Of a stretch of 64,000 nucleotides of DNA, positions 51,501 through 64,000 are shown in pieces. The stretch lies in contig CM022678.1 of assembly GCA_012295275.1 (NCBI GenBank), forward strand, positions 18,476,001 to 18,540,000. Reading direction: 5' to 3'. Within the stretch, counting starts at the first letter, position 1, and each line of letters begins with the position of its first letter. Position numbers and translations under genes: made by a program. Source of the DNA: Chrysomallon squamiferum (taxonomy: Eukaryota > Animalia > Mollusca). Under the pieces are notes generated by a model that was not told where the DNA came from, searched no databases, and was given only the letters and a program-made list of their open reading frames with translations.

Positions 51501-54076
51501 CTGGTGATGTAACTCAAAAATCTGGTGATATAGCTCATACATCTGGCCAAACGAATCAAACGTCTGGTGATGTGAGTCTAAAATCTGGCGATGGAATTCA
51601 TACTTCTGGTGATGTAACTCAAACATCTACTGATGTAACTCATATATCTGGCCAAACGAATCAAACATCTGGTGATATGAATCAAACATCTGGTGATATG
51701 ATTCAAACACCTGGCGATGTAACTCATACATCTGGTGATGTAATTCAAACATCTGGTCAAACGAATCAAACATCTGGTGATGTGAGTGAACCACCTGGCG
51801 ATGTAACTCATACATCTGGTGATGCAACTCATACTTCTGGTGATGTAACTCAAACATCTACTGATGTAACTCATACATCTGGCTGATGTAACTCATACAT
51901 CTGGCCAAACGAATCAAACATCTGGTGATATGATTCAAACACCTGGCGATGTAACTCAAATGCCTGGCGATGTAACACAGACAGCTGGCGATGTAACTCA
52001 GACAGCTGGCGATGTAACTCATACATCAGTCCAAACGAATCAAACATCTGGTGATGTGAGTCATACACCTGGCGATGGAATTCATACTTCTGGTGATGTA
52101 ACTGAAACATCTACTGATGTATCTCATACATCTGGTAATGTAACTCATACATCTGGACAAACGAATGAAACGTCTGGTGATGTGAGTAAAAAATCTGACG
52201 ATGGAACTCATACTTCTGGTGATGTAACTCAAACATCTACTGATGTAACTCATACATCTGGACAAACGAATCAAACATCTGGTGATATGATTCAAACACC
52301 TGGCGATGTAACTCATACATCTGGTGATGTATCTCATACATCTGGCCAAACGAATCAAACATCTGGTGATGTAACTCAAACATCTGGGCAAATGAATGGA
52401 ACATCTACTGATGTAACTCATACATCTGGCCAAACGAATCAAACATCTGGTGATGTGAGTCAAACACCTGGCGATTTAACTCATACATCTGGTGATGTAA
52501 CTCATACTTCTGGTGATGCAACTGAAACACCTACTGATGTAACTCATACAACTGGTGATGTAACTCAAACATCTGGTGATGTAACTTCAACATCTACTGA
52601 TGTAACTCATACATCTGGCCAAACGAATCAAACATCTGGTGATGTAACTCAAACATCTGGTGATGTAACTCAAATACCTGGTGATGTAACTCAAACATCT
52701 GGTGATGTAACTCAAACATCTGGTGATGTAACTCAAACACCTGGTGATGTAACTCAAACACCTGGTGATGTAACTCAAACATCTGGTGATGTAACTCAAA
52801 CATCTGGTGATGTAACTCAAACACCTGGTGATGTAACTCAAACACCTGGTGATGTAACTCAAACATCTGGTGATGTAACTCAAACACCTGGTGATGTAAC
52901 TCAAACATCTGGTGATGTAACTCAAACACCTGGTGATGTAACTCAAACATCTGGTGATGTAACTCAAACATCTGGTGATGTAACTCAAACACCTGGTGAT
53001 GTAACTGAAACACCTGGTGATGTAACTCAAACATCTGGTGATGTATCTCAAACATCTGGTGATGTAACTCAAACACCTGGTAATGCTGATCAAATACCCG
53101 TTCACGGTGATACGAGAAACGAATCATCTACCACCGACACGGAACCTTCCGCGAAAAGCACCGACGTCACGTCTGACGATAACAACGCAACGTCCACGAG
53201 CACTGATCAGACAACGGAACAGCCTCCACGACCTGCAGGAGGAATCATTGGACAGTGGTTGCTAGGGAAGCGAACACACTGCACTGGAAGACGTCAGTGT
53301 CTGCTTCTGAAGATTACAACATCTCTGAGAAGACTGAAGAGTAAAGACCAGATTCTGTGGAAAAATTAGTTGGGCAGCTGAAGGACGACTTCGACGGGAC
53401 GGATGACACAGAGGGGACGAGAAGCTTGCTGTGGAGGTTAGGTACCGGGGATCTGGGAAGCTTTGTCCGAAAAATGCTGAAAGGAAGAGATATGGAAATG
53501 TGGAAGAAGATGCTGAAGGAACAAGCATCTGCTGGAAGTTTTGGAAGCCGTGACGATGATGACAACGACGACGACGATAATGATGATGATGATGAATCAG
53601 ATGAAGATTCAGATGAACATTTGGATTCAGATGATAGAGATGATAAACAAAATGAATCAAAATCGGCATCACGACAGAAACATCCTACAACAGATTCACG
53701 AAGACCTAATGTACTGGACATATTTCCTGGACAGTTTGTTGGCAATAATGACGTGATCCAGAAACTGCGAGGAGGATTCGGGGACGTAACAGACAGAAGA
53801 GGTTTCGGGATTAATTTCAGATTAGGTCGATTGTTCGGAAATCTCAGACCTCGAGTAAACAGAGTAAGACAACGAGGCAAACCGTTCAGTCGTTTCTTTA
53901 GCACTCGTCTAGCACATTCTCCGCAGTGGCTCAGAGACACAGGCAGCACTAACAGTGAAAACAGTAACAGCGATAACATCATTTCCACCTTTAACAGATT
54001 TCGTCAACGGAAAAGAATGTTTGGTGGACTTTTTAACGGATTTTTCAAAATGAATCATTTTAGTGAATCTGACTGA
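48561..54076 (+). CDS. Large secreted Thr/Ser-rich (mucin-like) heptad-repeat protein, ~1,780 aa if three single-base frameshifts are corrected
   Basis: Exon 1 48561-48627 (signal peptide MKRVLILTCFVIFVIHRCEA), phase-1 intron, exon 2 48809-54076. Four consecutive ORFs (48829, 49064, 51930, 53357) join by +1 at the A5 run ~49054-49058, +1 at GGCTGAT ~51883 and -1 at the A5 run ~53361-53365. AATAAA at 54205. Could be assembly error or a disrupted allele/pseudogene. Confidence 0.8.
49685..53095 (+). repeat. Coding 21-bp tandem array (~160 units; consensus ACATCTGGTGATGTAACTCA[A/T] = TSGDVT[Q/H])
   Basis: Read directly. Variant units include TSGQTNQ, TPGDVTH, TSTDVTH and TSGDMIQ; a 189-bp higher-order duplication lies at 50808-50996 / 50997-51185. 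Confidence 0.97.
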
Positions 54077-54659
54077 AGGCTTTGGAAAGACGAACAGAAA
54101 CTGTGATTTAGAAAAATATTATTCCTGATTTGGATTGTAATTTATTTCCTAAGACTTTACGTTTTTATGAATTACCCGGTTATGCTTCAAATAATATCAT
54201 TACAAATAAAACTTATGTACATACTTTCTTAAAATATTTTCTTCATTACAATCAGAACGTTGTTCATCATCAACAACATCATCATCATCATACGACCCGA
54301 TGATAGCTTTAACAGCGCCTACATCTACGTCTGATTATATTCCTGTAATACCATACTGTCATTTTCAGGAAAAATATTACCCATGTGTGTACGTGCAATT
54401 ATATTTGTACATTATAAATTTTATTTTATAAGTTTTATTACTAAGATTATACTTTTTATAAATAAAATATTAACATTTTCACATACTAAGTCTCTATTGT
54501 GCTTTGCTAGTACAGAATTTAAAGAAACACCGCGCTTTCCTATTTTAAATGTTCATGCTAAATACAAAACTCTGGGGTGAGAGATGAGTAGAGATAGATA
54601 GAGAGAGAGAAAGAGAGGAGTAGAAAGAGTGAAAGAGGGATAACGAGAAAAAGAGAGAC

Positions 54660-54839
<180 letters not shown>

Positions 54840-55079
54840 ACACACAGAGAATTACAAAGTTAGGCATATCAAACAATAACAGAGCAAGAAAAATAAAAAA
54901 TACAATTTATTTATCGAACACGAAGATTAATGGAAAGAAAGGAACAAACAAAGAATAAAGAATCGATAGACGGATGGATAGACGGACGAAGGGATAGACA
55001 GAGATAGAGATTAATTTGAAAGAGAGATAAATGAGGAGAGAGAGAAAGAGAAAAAAAGAGAGATTGAGAGAGGGAGACT

Positions 55080-55169
<90 letters not shown>

Positions 55170-55704
55170 CAGAGAGAAGCAGTAAAATAAAAATCGAGTC
55201 GAGTAATTTCATCATAACAGTTTAATTTTTTAGAGAATAATCCGCAGACAAAAGAACTGAATATTTGTCTCATATATCAAGGTTTCTTTCCTGTCACTGA
55301 GTCAGAGATGACATCGAGGTTCAGAGGTTGACCTCCGCGTTATTAAACATTCTTCACTTAATAGTTTTTTTCCGGTATCGCGACCACAAGGCACAGTCAC
55401 ATTTCTCGTCGTAATGAGTTGACCAGGGTCACCGGATGGAATTTCCGAAACCTGCTACGCGATGAAGTTCAATTACAATAAATTTAAATTACTTTCTTGT
55501 TTGTTTGTTTTTTTGTCATTTATTTTAATTTTTACCTTGAAGAGGGAAATACAAATTAAACAGTGTGTAATAACATTTCAGATGGGATTGCTGATTTACT
55601 GAGATCTGCAAGCTGTAGGGGAAAATAATAAAATAACTGAATAGTCATAAACATACACGAAAGGATCCTACAACTCACTGGCGAAAATTAATTCCAATAA
55701 TTGT

Positions 55705-55778
<74 letters not shown>

Positions 55779-55964
55779 TTGTTCATCTGTAACAAACGAA
55801 TGTTTTATCTGCACCTGTTAATATATCTATCTGTCTGACTGTCTGTCTATCTTTCCGTGTATCTTTCTATCGCTTAATCTATCGTTCTATGCATCGGTCT
55901 GTCTTTATGACTGTGTATTTCCATCTCTTCATGTCACACATAAATGTATTGCAACACATGAAAC

Positions 55965-56248
<284 letters not shown>

Positions 56249-58112
56249 TTGAGAGAGAGAAGGAACGAGAGACACACACAGATAGAAGCTACTCCGAAGA
56301 CGACAATGACCTAGTTATTTGAGAAGTACAGCGGACACGTCATGTAGTTTGTTGCCTGGTACATTCAGACACTGCTAAGATGACACAGATAAAAAAGAAG
56401 TTGACTCACTTACGAAGTCACAGTTCTTTGACGTGTTGTTATTAATAACAAAAACAGTCAGTTCGCACTCACTACTACTAGAAAACACACAGTACACGAA
56501 ACAGAGAACCGAATGAATGAACGAAACACTAAACGAGATTAGTTGATGAACGAATGAATTCAGGAATGAATGAGCGAAAGACTTAGTGATAAATAAACTA
56601 TAACAATATTATAATAAAGAAGGAGAATAACAAATAAAATAAAATTGAATTAATGAAAGAATGAATTAAATGAATGAATATGTGAATGAATGGCTGAATA
56701 AATGAATCAATTAAAGGTAGATAGATAGAGAGAGAGAAAGATATTATAGATTAACAAATAAATAAATAAACAAACAAATAAATAGATCAATAAATAAATA
56801 AATAAATAAATAGAATATTGTGTTAATTAATGAGAAAAAAGACAAAGCAATGAGAAAAGAACAAATTAACTGAGAGGAATCTAAATTAAAACTCGGAAAA
56901 GTGAAAAGATAATAAATAAACAGAATTACATGAAAGCATAATAAGGGTAAAATATTTTTAATTACAATGCTGGACAAATAATGAACAGCAGATCGACTAA
57001 ACTGCCAAATAAATGACAGAATAAAAATAAAAAAATAAATAAACAAACAAACAAAACAAATAAATAAAAAAAAAAATAAATAAATAAATAAAAAAAAAAA
57101 AAAAAATAAAAAAAAAAAAAAAAAAAATAAAAAAAAAAAAAAAAAAAAAAAAAAATAAAAATAAAAAAAATAAAACATAAAATCAAAATAAAAATAAAAT
57201 AAAATAAAAGTTAAGTAACAAATTTAAAGGTAAAACGAATGAACAAAATAAAACCAATACGAAAATCGCTGGAGATGAATGAAAAGAAGGAAGGAAGGAA
57301 GAAAGGAGAAAAGGAAGTAATGAAAACAGGAAGGAAGGACGAAGATCATTGATAAATATCAATGAGTTAGCGAAACTGTGTACACTTGAGTGTTCAGATA
57401 CGTGCGTATCTGCTTGCGTAGATTGATCACATCGCAGGATATAACGTGAATGAACCACTCCGCTTCACACAGAGTGTTGATCCCCAAATCTGCAGCCTTT
57501 GAATAACGCGTTTGTCTTGAAGCTTTCCTATTCCTGGTACGAAAACAAGGACACTCGGAATATGACGCACCTGGCTTTTTCATTTAATTCATTAGCTGCA
57601 TGACTTTCGAAAATAAACAAAGAAGCGTGTTCTTTCCTTTTGTATAGGTAAATTATTATTCACTTCGCAACAGGCAGATATAGAGGGGGGTTGAACCTTG
57701 CATCCGTCCCCCTTTCTATGTTACCAGTCATAGTTTTTGTCGTAGTTTTATTTTATTTTATTTTATTTTTATTATATTTCGATTTTGCTTTTCTATTTTT
57801 CAATCTTCGAGAGTTTTATAAGTATTTTCTTTTCAGAGTTATGTTAACTGAAAAGAAAAACAACTTCTTTTTTTTTTTTTATGACATTGTTGATTCATTC
57901 CTTTGTTATACTACATTATACATGCACATATTAATTTACATGTGTTTTAAAAATAAACTGAGAAATGACTACTTTCCTCTTCTGTAAATAAATGCATAAA
58001 TTATACAGGCGGATATGGGGGAATTCCCCTCTTTACGACCACAATTGTTTTTGATGTTTTTTTTTTTTTATTTACACACATAGAAACGTAAGATATAAAC
58101 ACATACACATAT

Positions 58113-58190
<78 letters not shown>

Positions 58191-58559
58191 GTATACCTCT
58201 TACACACAAACATAAAAACACACACGCAACATACTCTTTCACCGGCCCTGAACTATGATACCGTACAAATCATGGACTCAGTCATGAATTGACCGGTACG
58301 TCACTTCCGCTGTTAGAATCGTTTCGTCATTTGACTAACACAGAAGTCTACATATTTAGCTATAAACCATGCCCCGCACGTCACACCATGTACAAACGTG
58401 CGATTTAAAAATTAGTGCGAAATTAATTAACAGAAAAAAAAAAAAAAAAAAAAAGCCAATGGGCGCCGTGATGATGTCAGCCAATTTGAACGTGATTAAT
58501 GACTCGAGGTAAAGGTACAAATAGCGAAGAGTGAGAGAAGAAACGACATTGCCAACAAG

Positions 58560-59291
58560 ATGCATCGTGTGAGTGCAGTTGTCGTAGTTTGTTTTATCTG
58601 CAGCGTGCAGATGCTTTCAGCCGTTCAATGGGAAACAGTGGGTAAGAACTTTCATAGGGAAATTAACTGGTATGTGTGTGTATGTGTGTGTGTGTGTGTG
58701 TCTGTGTGTGTGTGCGCGTGCTGTGTATATATTTGGATATGCTTTATATGAATTTTCAATTCGTATGTTTATTTTTAATGTTATTTATTTGTTTATTTAT
58801 TTATGTACATTTATATATATTTAGATATGTAGATACCTATACGTGTTTTTGAGTATATATATATATACGTGTGTGTGCGTATGCATCTATGAGGATGTGT
58901 ATGTATACATGTGTATATGTTTAGGCATGTATGTATGTATGTATGTTAGTATGCATTTATCTATACGTATGTGTATGTGTGTATATATGTACGTATATTT
59001 ACGTGAATGTGTCTATATATGTGTATGTCAGAATGATCGTATGTGTATTTTTGTATGCTCACCTTTTTGCACTTATACATTTTTCCAATGCAGTTTGATA
59101 CAGACTTCTAGACGTTTGCTTTCTTATCTGTCTGAATGTCTGTTTGTCTGTTATTCCGTGATTTTATCATTTCGTAGAATTTCTTTCTTTATTTTTTCTA
59201 ACATTTTTCTTTCTTTATTTATTTTATGACTCAAAATTCATGGAAGGATAATAAGCGGCATAGTTCTATTTAAAATGCGTATCGTTGCGTT

Positions 59292-59326
<35 letters not shown>

Positions 59327-59547
59327 TTGTTAATTTTGTCCTAATAAATTTCTTTCACTTCTTTTTATTTTTACTGCTGTTGTTAATATAATTACTGTTG
59401 TAGATACTGTTTTCATTATCATCATCATCATCATTATTATTATTACTACTAGTAGTAGTAGTAATAGTATTAGTATTAGTATTAGTAGTAGTAATAGTAG
59501 TACTAATGGCAGTATCAATTTCATTATTACTATACTTATTGTTATTG

Positions 59548-59582
<35 letters not shown>

Positions 59583-59962
59583 TTTTTTTTATTATTATTA
59601 TCATCATCATCATCATCATTATTGCTACTACTACTACTTTCTGTACTATAACAATGACAACAACAACAATAGCAACTACGACTACTAAACTATATGGTCG
59701 TTAAAACGTCAGGGATCTGAAAATACCCACACTATCAATTATATTGAAACGGTGTCGTAAAGAACGTTTTGTATCTGACTTTTCTCGACATCAGCTCTTT
59801 AAGGTAAGTAATTAATTAAGTCTGCCTGGAGGGAACTGAAACTGCAACGTTCACTACGAAACACGATACACGCGTCACCTTTTTCTTGTAGAGTAATACA
59901 TTAAAAAAAATATATATACATATATCAGATACATATGTAGAGAAATAAAACCTGTTTTAAAG

Positions 59963-59994
<32 letters not shown>

Positions 59995-60210
59995 AGTAGA
60001 GTACAAACTGAAGAGAGAGATTAAAGAGAAGTATTTTGTGAATGTCTGGCAGTGACTCATCAAGTTGGCCGTTAACCCGTCTGTCGGTTTGTCTTCTCTG
60101 TCTGTGTGTCCGTGTTGAACAATAATTTCATGCTTACTAAGTCATTTAGTTAATTACCGGACACGTATTGTAACTGTCAGATTGAGTATTAATAATAATA
60201 ATAATAATAA

Positions 60211-60241
<31 letters not shown>

Positions 60242-60431
60242 AAGAAGAAGAAGAAAAAAAAGAAAAAAAAAAAAAAAAAAAAAAAAAAAACAACAAAAAA
60301 AAAAAAAAAAACAAGGCGAAACGAGATATTGCATCATCTTAAGGCTCTAGTTGAACCGTATGGAAAAAAGTGTATACAACAAATTCACTGCCTTAAAATG
60401 TATATTTAGCAACACCATTGTGATTTCGTTT

Positions 60432-60482
<51 letters not shown>

Positions 60483-60936
60483 TTCATGATCATCATTATC
60501 TTCATCATCATCATCATAATCATCATCACTGTTTTCCTTGTTTGAAAGAAATGATAACTTCATGCGGTTTTCTTTTTTCATTTTATGTGGCACTTTTGCA
60601 CCTAGGGTTTTAGTGTTTTTGCGTGTGCGTATGTGTGTGTGTGCGTGCGCGTTCCATATTTATGGTATGTTTTATTCTAATAAACTGTATAATTTACAGA
60701 GGTTACTGTCAAGGATGTAACAGAATCAAACATTAAAAAACAATCAACCAATGAGATGCCTGAAAACGTGCATGTTCGTGTTTCTGGAAGCGGAAGTGAC
60801 GTAGACCTCAGACTTAAACGTAGCACTGAAACGTCATCGGATTTACCCATCTACGTCATCAAGAATGGCTCAGCTCAGAGAATGGATCTCCCGCCTCTTC
60901 GGGTAATAACTTTAATTTTTTAAAAACAAAAATCTT

Positions 60937-60977
<41 letters not shown>

Positions 60978-61131
60978 TTTTTTTTTTTTTTTTCTCTGCG
61001 TAAAGTTTTCATAAAGACTAAGAAAAAGCAAAAACAATACAACTTGAATAAAATAATAACAATAATAAAATAATAATAAAATAAATTAAAACAGAAAAGG
61101 AAATGAAAATTTGATGCCATTGAATGATTCG

Positions 61132-61164
<33 letters not shown>

Positions 61165-61804
61165 TAATAATAATAATAATAAGAAGAAGAAGAAGAAGAA
61201 GAAGATGACAATGATAATTATCAGAATTAACTCGCTGTTTTCACTATGATCGTGACAATGATAATGATTATCTTTATGGTGATGCTTATGATGACGTATG
61301 AATATAGATGAAGATGATGACGTTGATATTTCTATTGCAGGACGCCGCCAACTACATCGACGTTAATGGACGTTCGTCTATGATTATTCGCAGGAAAGAA
61401 AATGGCTTGTTTAATTTGGTAAGTTGTTCGGGTATCTTTTTATCCACGCGCATTCGCACTTACGCACAGAGACGAACACGCATTCAAACACGCACAACAG
61501 TAATTACTCAATCATCCACTGGGAAATGCAGACGACATTCACATACATACATACATACACACATACATACACACATACATACATACATACACACATACAT
61601 ACATACATACATACACACATACATACATACATACATACATACATACATACATACATACATACATACATACATACACACATACATCCATACATACACGTAT
61701 ATATATCTTGGCATGTAGTAAATATATTTTGATTTATTAATATATTTATTAATATATTTTTTATTTTCACATCTATCCTATATCATCTAAATTATATTTT
61801 ATTT

Positions 61805-61863
<59 letters not shown>

Positions 61864-63869
61864 TTTGTTTGTTTATTTATTTGTTTATTTATTTATTTAA
61901 CTGAGACAAAGAGTGTGAATTATTTTTATATTTTACTGTTTCACACAGGATGGTATGTTTCTACAAAACTTCACTGAAAATCAGCTGATTTCCAACGACA
62001 CCGGTTCTTACATCAAACCGGGCGAGATCGACTACAACAACGACTACGTTGTAAAGACAGGTATGTTGTTTGTTTTTATCATTTATTTATTGCTACGACA
62101 CACACTATTAAAAACACTATTGCAACACTACATTTACTACTACTGTTACTACTTCAATTTTTATACTACTACTGCTGCTAATACTACTATTACTGCTACT
62201 ACTACTACTACTACTACTGCTACTACTACTACTACTACTACTGCTGCTGCTGTTTGTTCAGCTGCTTCTGTAATATCAAACTTGTACAGAAACAATTACG
62301 ACTACCACCACTCACCATTGATACTACTAATACTACTGTTACTACAACTACTACTACTAATACTGCTACTACTACTACTGTTACTACTACTACTGTTGTT
62401 ATTACCAATCTCGCTACTGCTGCTGCGATTTCTACTTCTAACTTTTATAGAACTATTACTATTACAACGACAACTGAAACTACTAACAGAACTACACTAT
62501 CTGATATAACTACTATTGCTACAATTATTACTAATACTACTACACCTACTACAAGAATTACTTACACTTTATTACTTCTATACCGTAATTATTATCATCA
62601 TCGACATCATCAACACTATCATCGTCATCATCATCATCCACGTCGTCGTCACCAATTACTCATTTACCTCAAACTCTCTGGAGAAGAAATGCTATATCTT
62701 TCAACGACAGAAATTGTCCTTACGTGCTTTAAGTGGGTCAGATATCAAAGCTCATGTATCCGGAAGAATAGTCTACGCAATTAATTAAACTTGACAGGAA
62801 GGAAAATTAAACAGGAAAGAGTTAGTTTCATTAGGGCAGAGGTTAAGATACGAATCTGATGACTCTGGGGTCGGATAGCGGTTGTGGCTTAGACACAAAG
62901 ATAACTGTGGATATGTATACTGAGAATTCTAGTCTCTCAGAATTGTATTCTAACATTATAACATAACTAACAACAAGGATTGGTAACCTGACATGGGAAA
63001 CTGAAGATGTTTTATAATATTTTATAATGGCAGTAACAATAATGGCTGAAGTATTTGTAGGTGTAATAGAAACAGTGTTAGTGGTCTGAAATAGGGATTT
63101 TGCTAATTACTTTTCTGATCATCATCATCATCATCATTACTTTTCTGATCATCATCATCATCATCATTACTTTTCTGATCATCATCATCGTCATCATTAT
63201 CATCATCATTACCATTATATTCCTACAACTGTTGCTGCTGCTGCTAATAGTCCTGATTCGTCATCATCATCATCATCATCATCAACAAGAACATCATCAT
63301 ATTCTTCTATTTTGCTTTATTGTTAGTTTCTTCTCAAACTACTGTAATAAGACTGGCAGTGTTTTTCTTTGTTCTCTGCAGATTTAGATAACATTGCGAG
63401 TAAGCCACTACGTGTAAGAAGACAGGCGGGATTAGGACACATAATAGAAGTGCTCTTCGTGGCCGATTACAGAGACTACTCTAAGTAAGTAGTTTTTACA
63501 CTTAGTAACTGGTTTTACTCTAACTTAGTAAGTAGTATTATACTAACTGTAAGTTAGTACTAGACTAAAATATACAGAGGAAGTCCTCTGTATAGCTGGT
63601 TATAGAGTCTACTCTCAGAATGTAATTTTAAATTGATACCAAATAAGTCATCACACATAATTCTCTATTATAAAGAGTTTATAGGTGTATCTGAGTGTTT
63701 GTGTTTATAAACATAGACAGATAGATATAGAGATAGTCTTTTGGCTAAATGGCTACAGGAATTTATGTTTCTGTTTTGACAAACTTTCAGATTTCTGGAG
63801 AGAAACAAGAACGATAAGAAATTAACTCAGACAGAAATGAAACTTTTCTACAGTTTCATTGCAGATTCT
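58560..63869 (+). CDS. Second secreted M12B/ADAMTS-like metalloprotease paralog, 5' part only (runs off the window)
   Basis: Exons 58560-58641, 60700-60902, 61341-61418, 61949-62060, 63382-63484, 63791-63869; intron phases 1,0,0,1,2,0 match metalloprotease 1. Signal peptide MHRVSAVVVVCFICSVQMLSA; prodomain MPENVHVRV..VDLRLKRS; furin-type RVRR|Q; HIIEVLFVADYRDY; MKLFYSFIADS (compare MTLYYTGLAES). The zinc motif would lie beyond the window. Confidence 0.88.
63107..63195. repeat. 30-bp intronic tandem repeat TACTTTTCTG(ATC)n, three copies
   Basis: Read directly. Confidence 0.85.
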
Positions 63870-64000
63870 GTAAGTTATTTTTATAATTTTCTTACATATA
63901 TTCTTGTACCCTTCAGTTCATTTTATTTTATTTATTTATTTATTTTATTATTATTATTTTTTTTATTTAGATATTTATTTAATATTATAACTGCCGTTGC

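Noticed and set aside
49664-53127. Long antisense ORFs (ITRCLSY and HHQMFEL repeats, up to 631 aa)
   Set aside because: Expected when a 21-bp unit lacks stops on the reverse strand; no promoter, signal peptide or unique flanks, whereas the sense frame has all three.

Overview
AT-rich, microsatellite-saturated animal genomic DNA with spliceosomal introns. Gene content and repeat style suggest an invertebrate, plausibly a mollusc; this is inference only. Nearly all ORFs in the supplied track are simple-repeat artefacts. Manual exon reconstruction (splice sites plus phase continuity) supports six genes: (1) + a calmodulin-superfamily protein with a ~240-aa Glu/Pro/Ala/Thr-rich N-terminal extension (3923-8916, start exon uncertain); (2) + a 159-aa calmodulin-like paralog with an ATG-only first coding exon and a GC-AG intron (13688-18267); (3) - a 297-aa protein I cannot assign, ending in a CaaX-like CRVM and preceded by three uORFs (25624-22216); (4) - a complete 14-exon, 690-aa secreted M12B/ADAMTS-like metalloprotease with a Thr-rich stalk and Cys/Arg/Trp tail (38133-30278); (5) + a ~1,780-aa secreted protein with ~160 heptad (TSGDVTQ-type) repeats, broken by three 1-bp frameshifts (48561-54076); (6) + the first six exons of a paralogous metalloprotease (58560 to the window end). 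The most notable arrangement is a divergent protease / heptad-repeat protein / protease cluster. No rRNA, intact tRNA, CRISPR array or intact transposon was seen.
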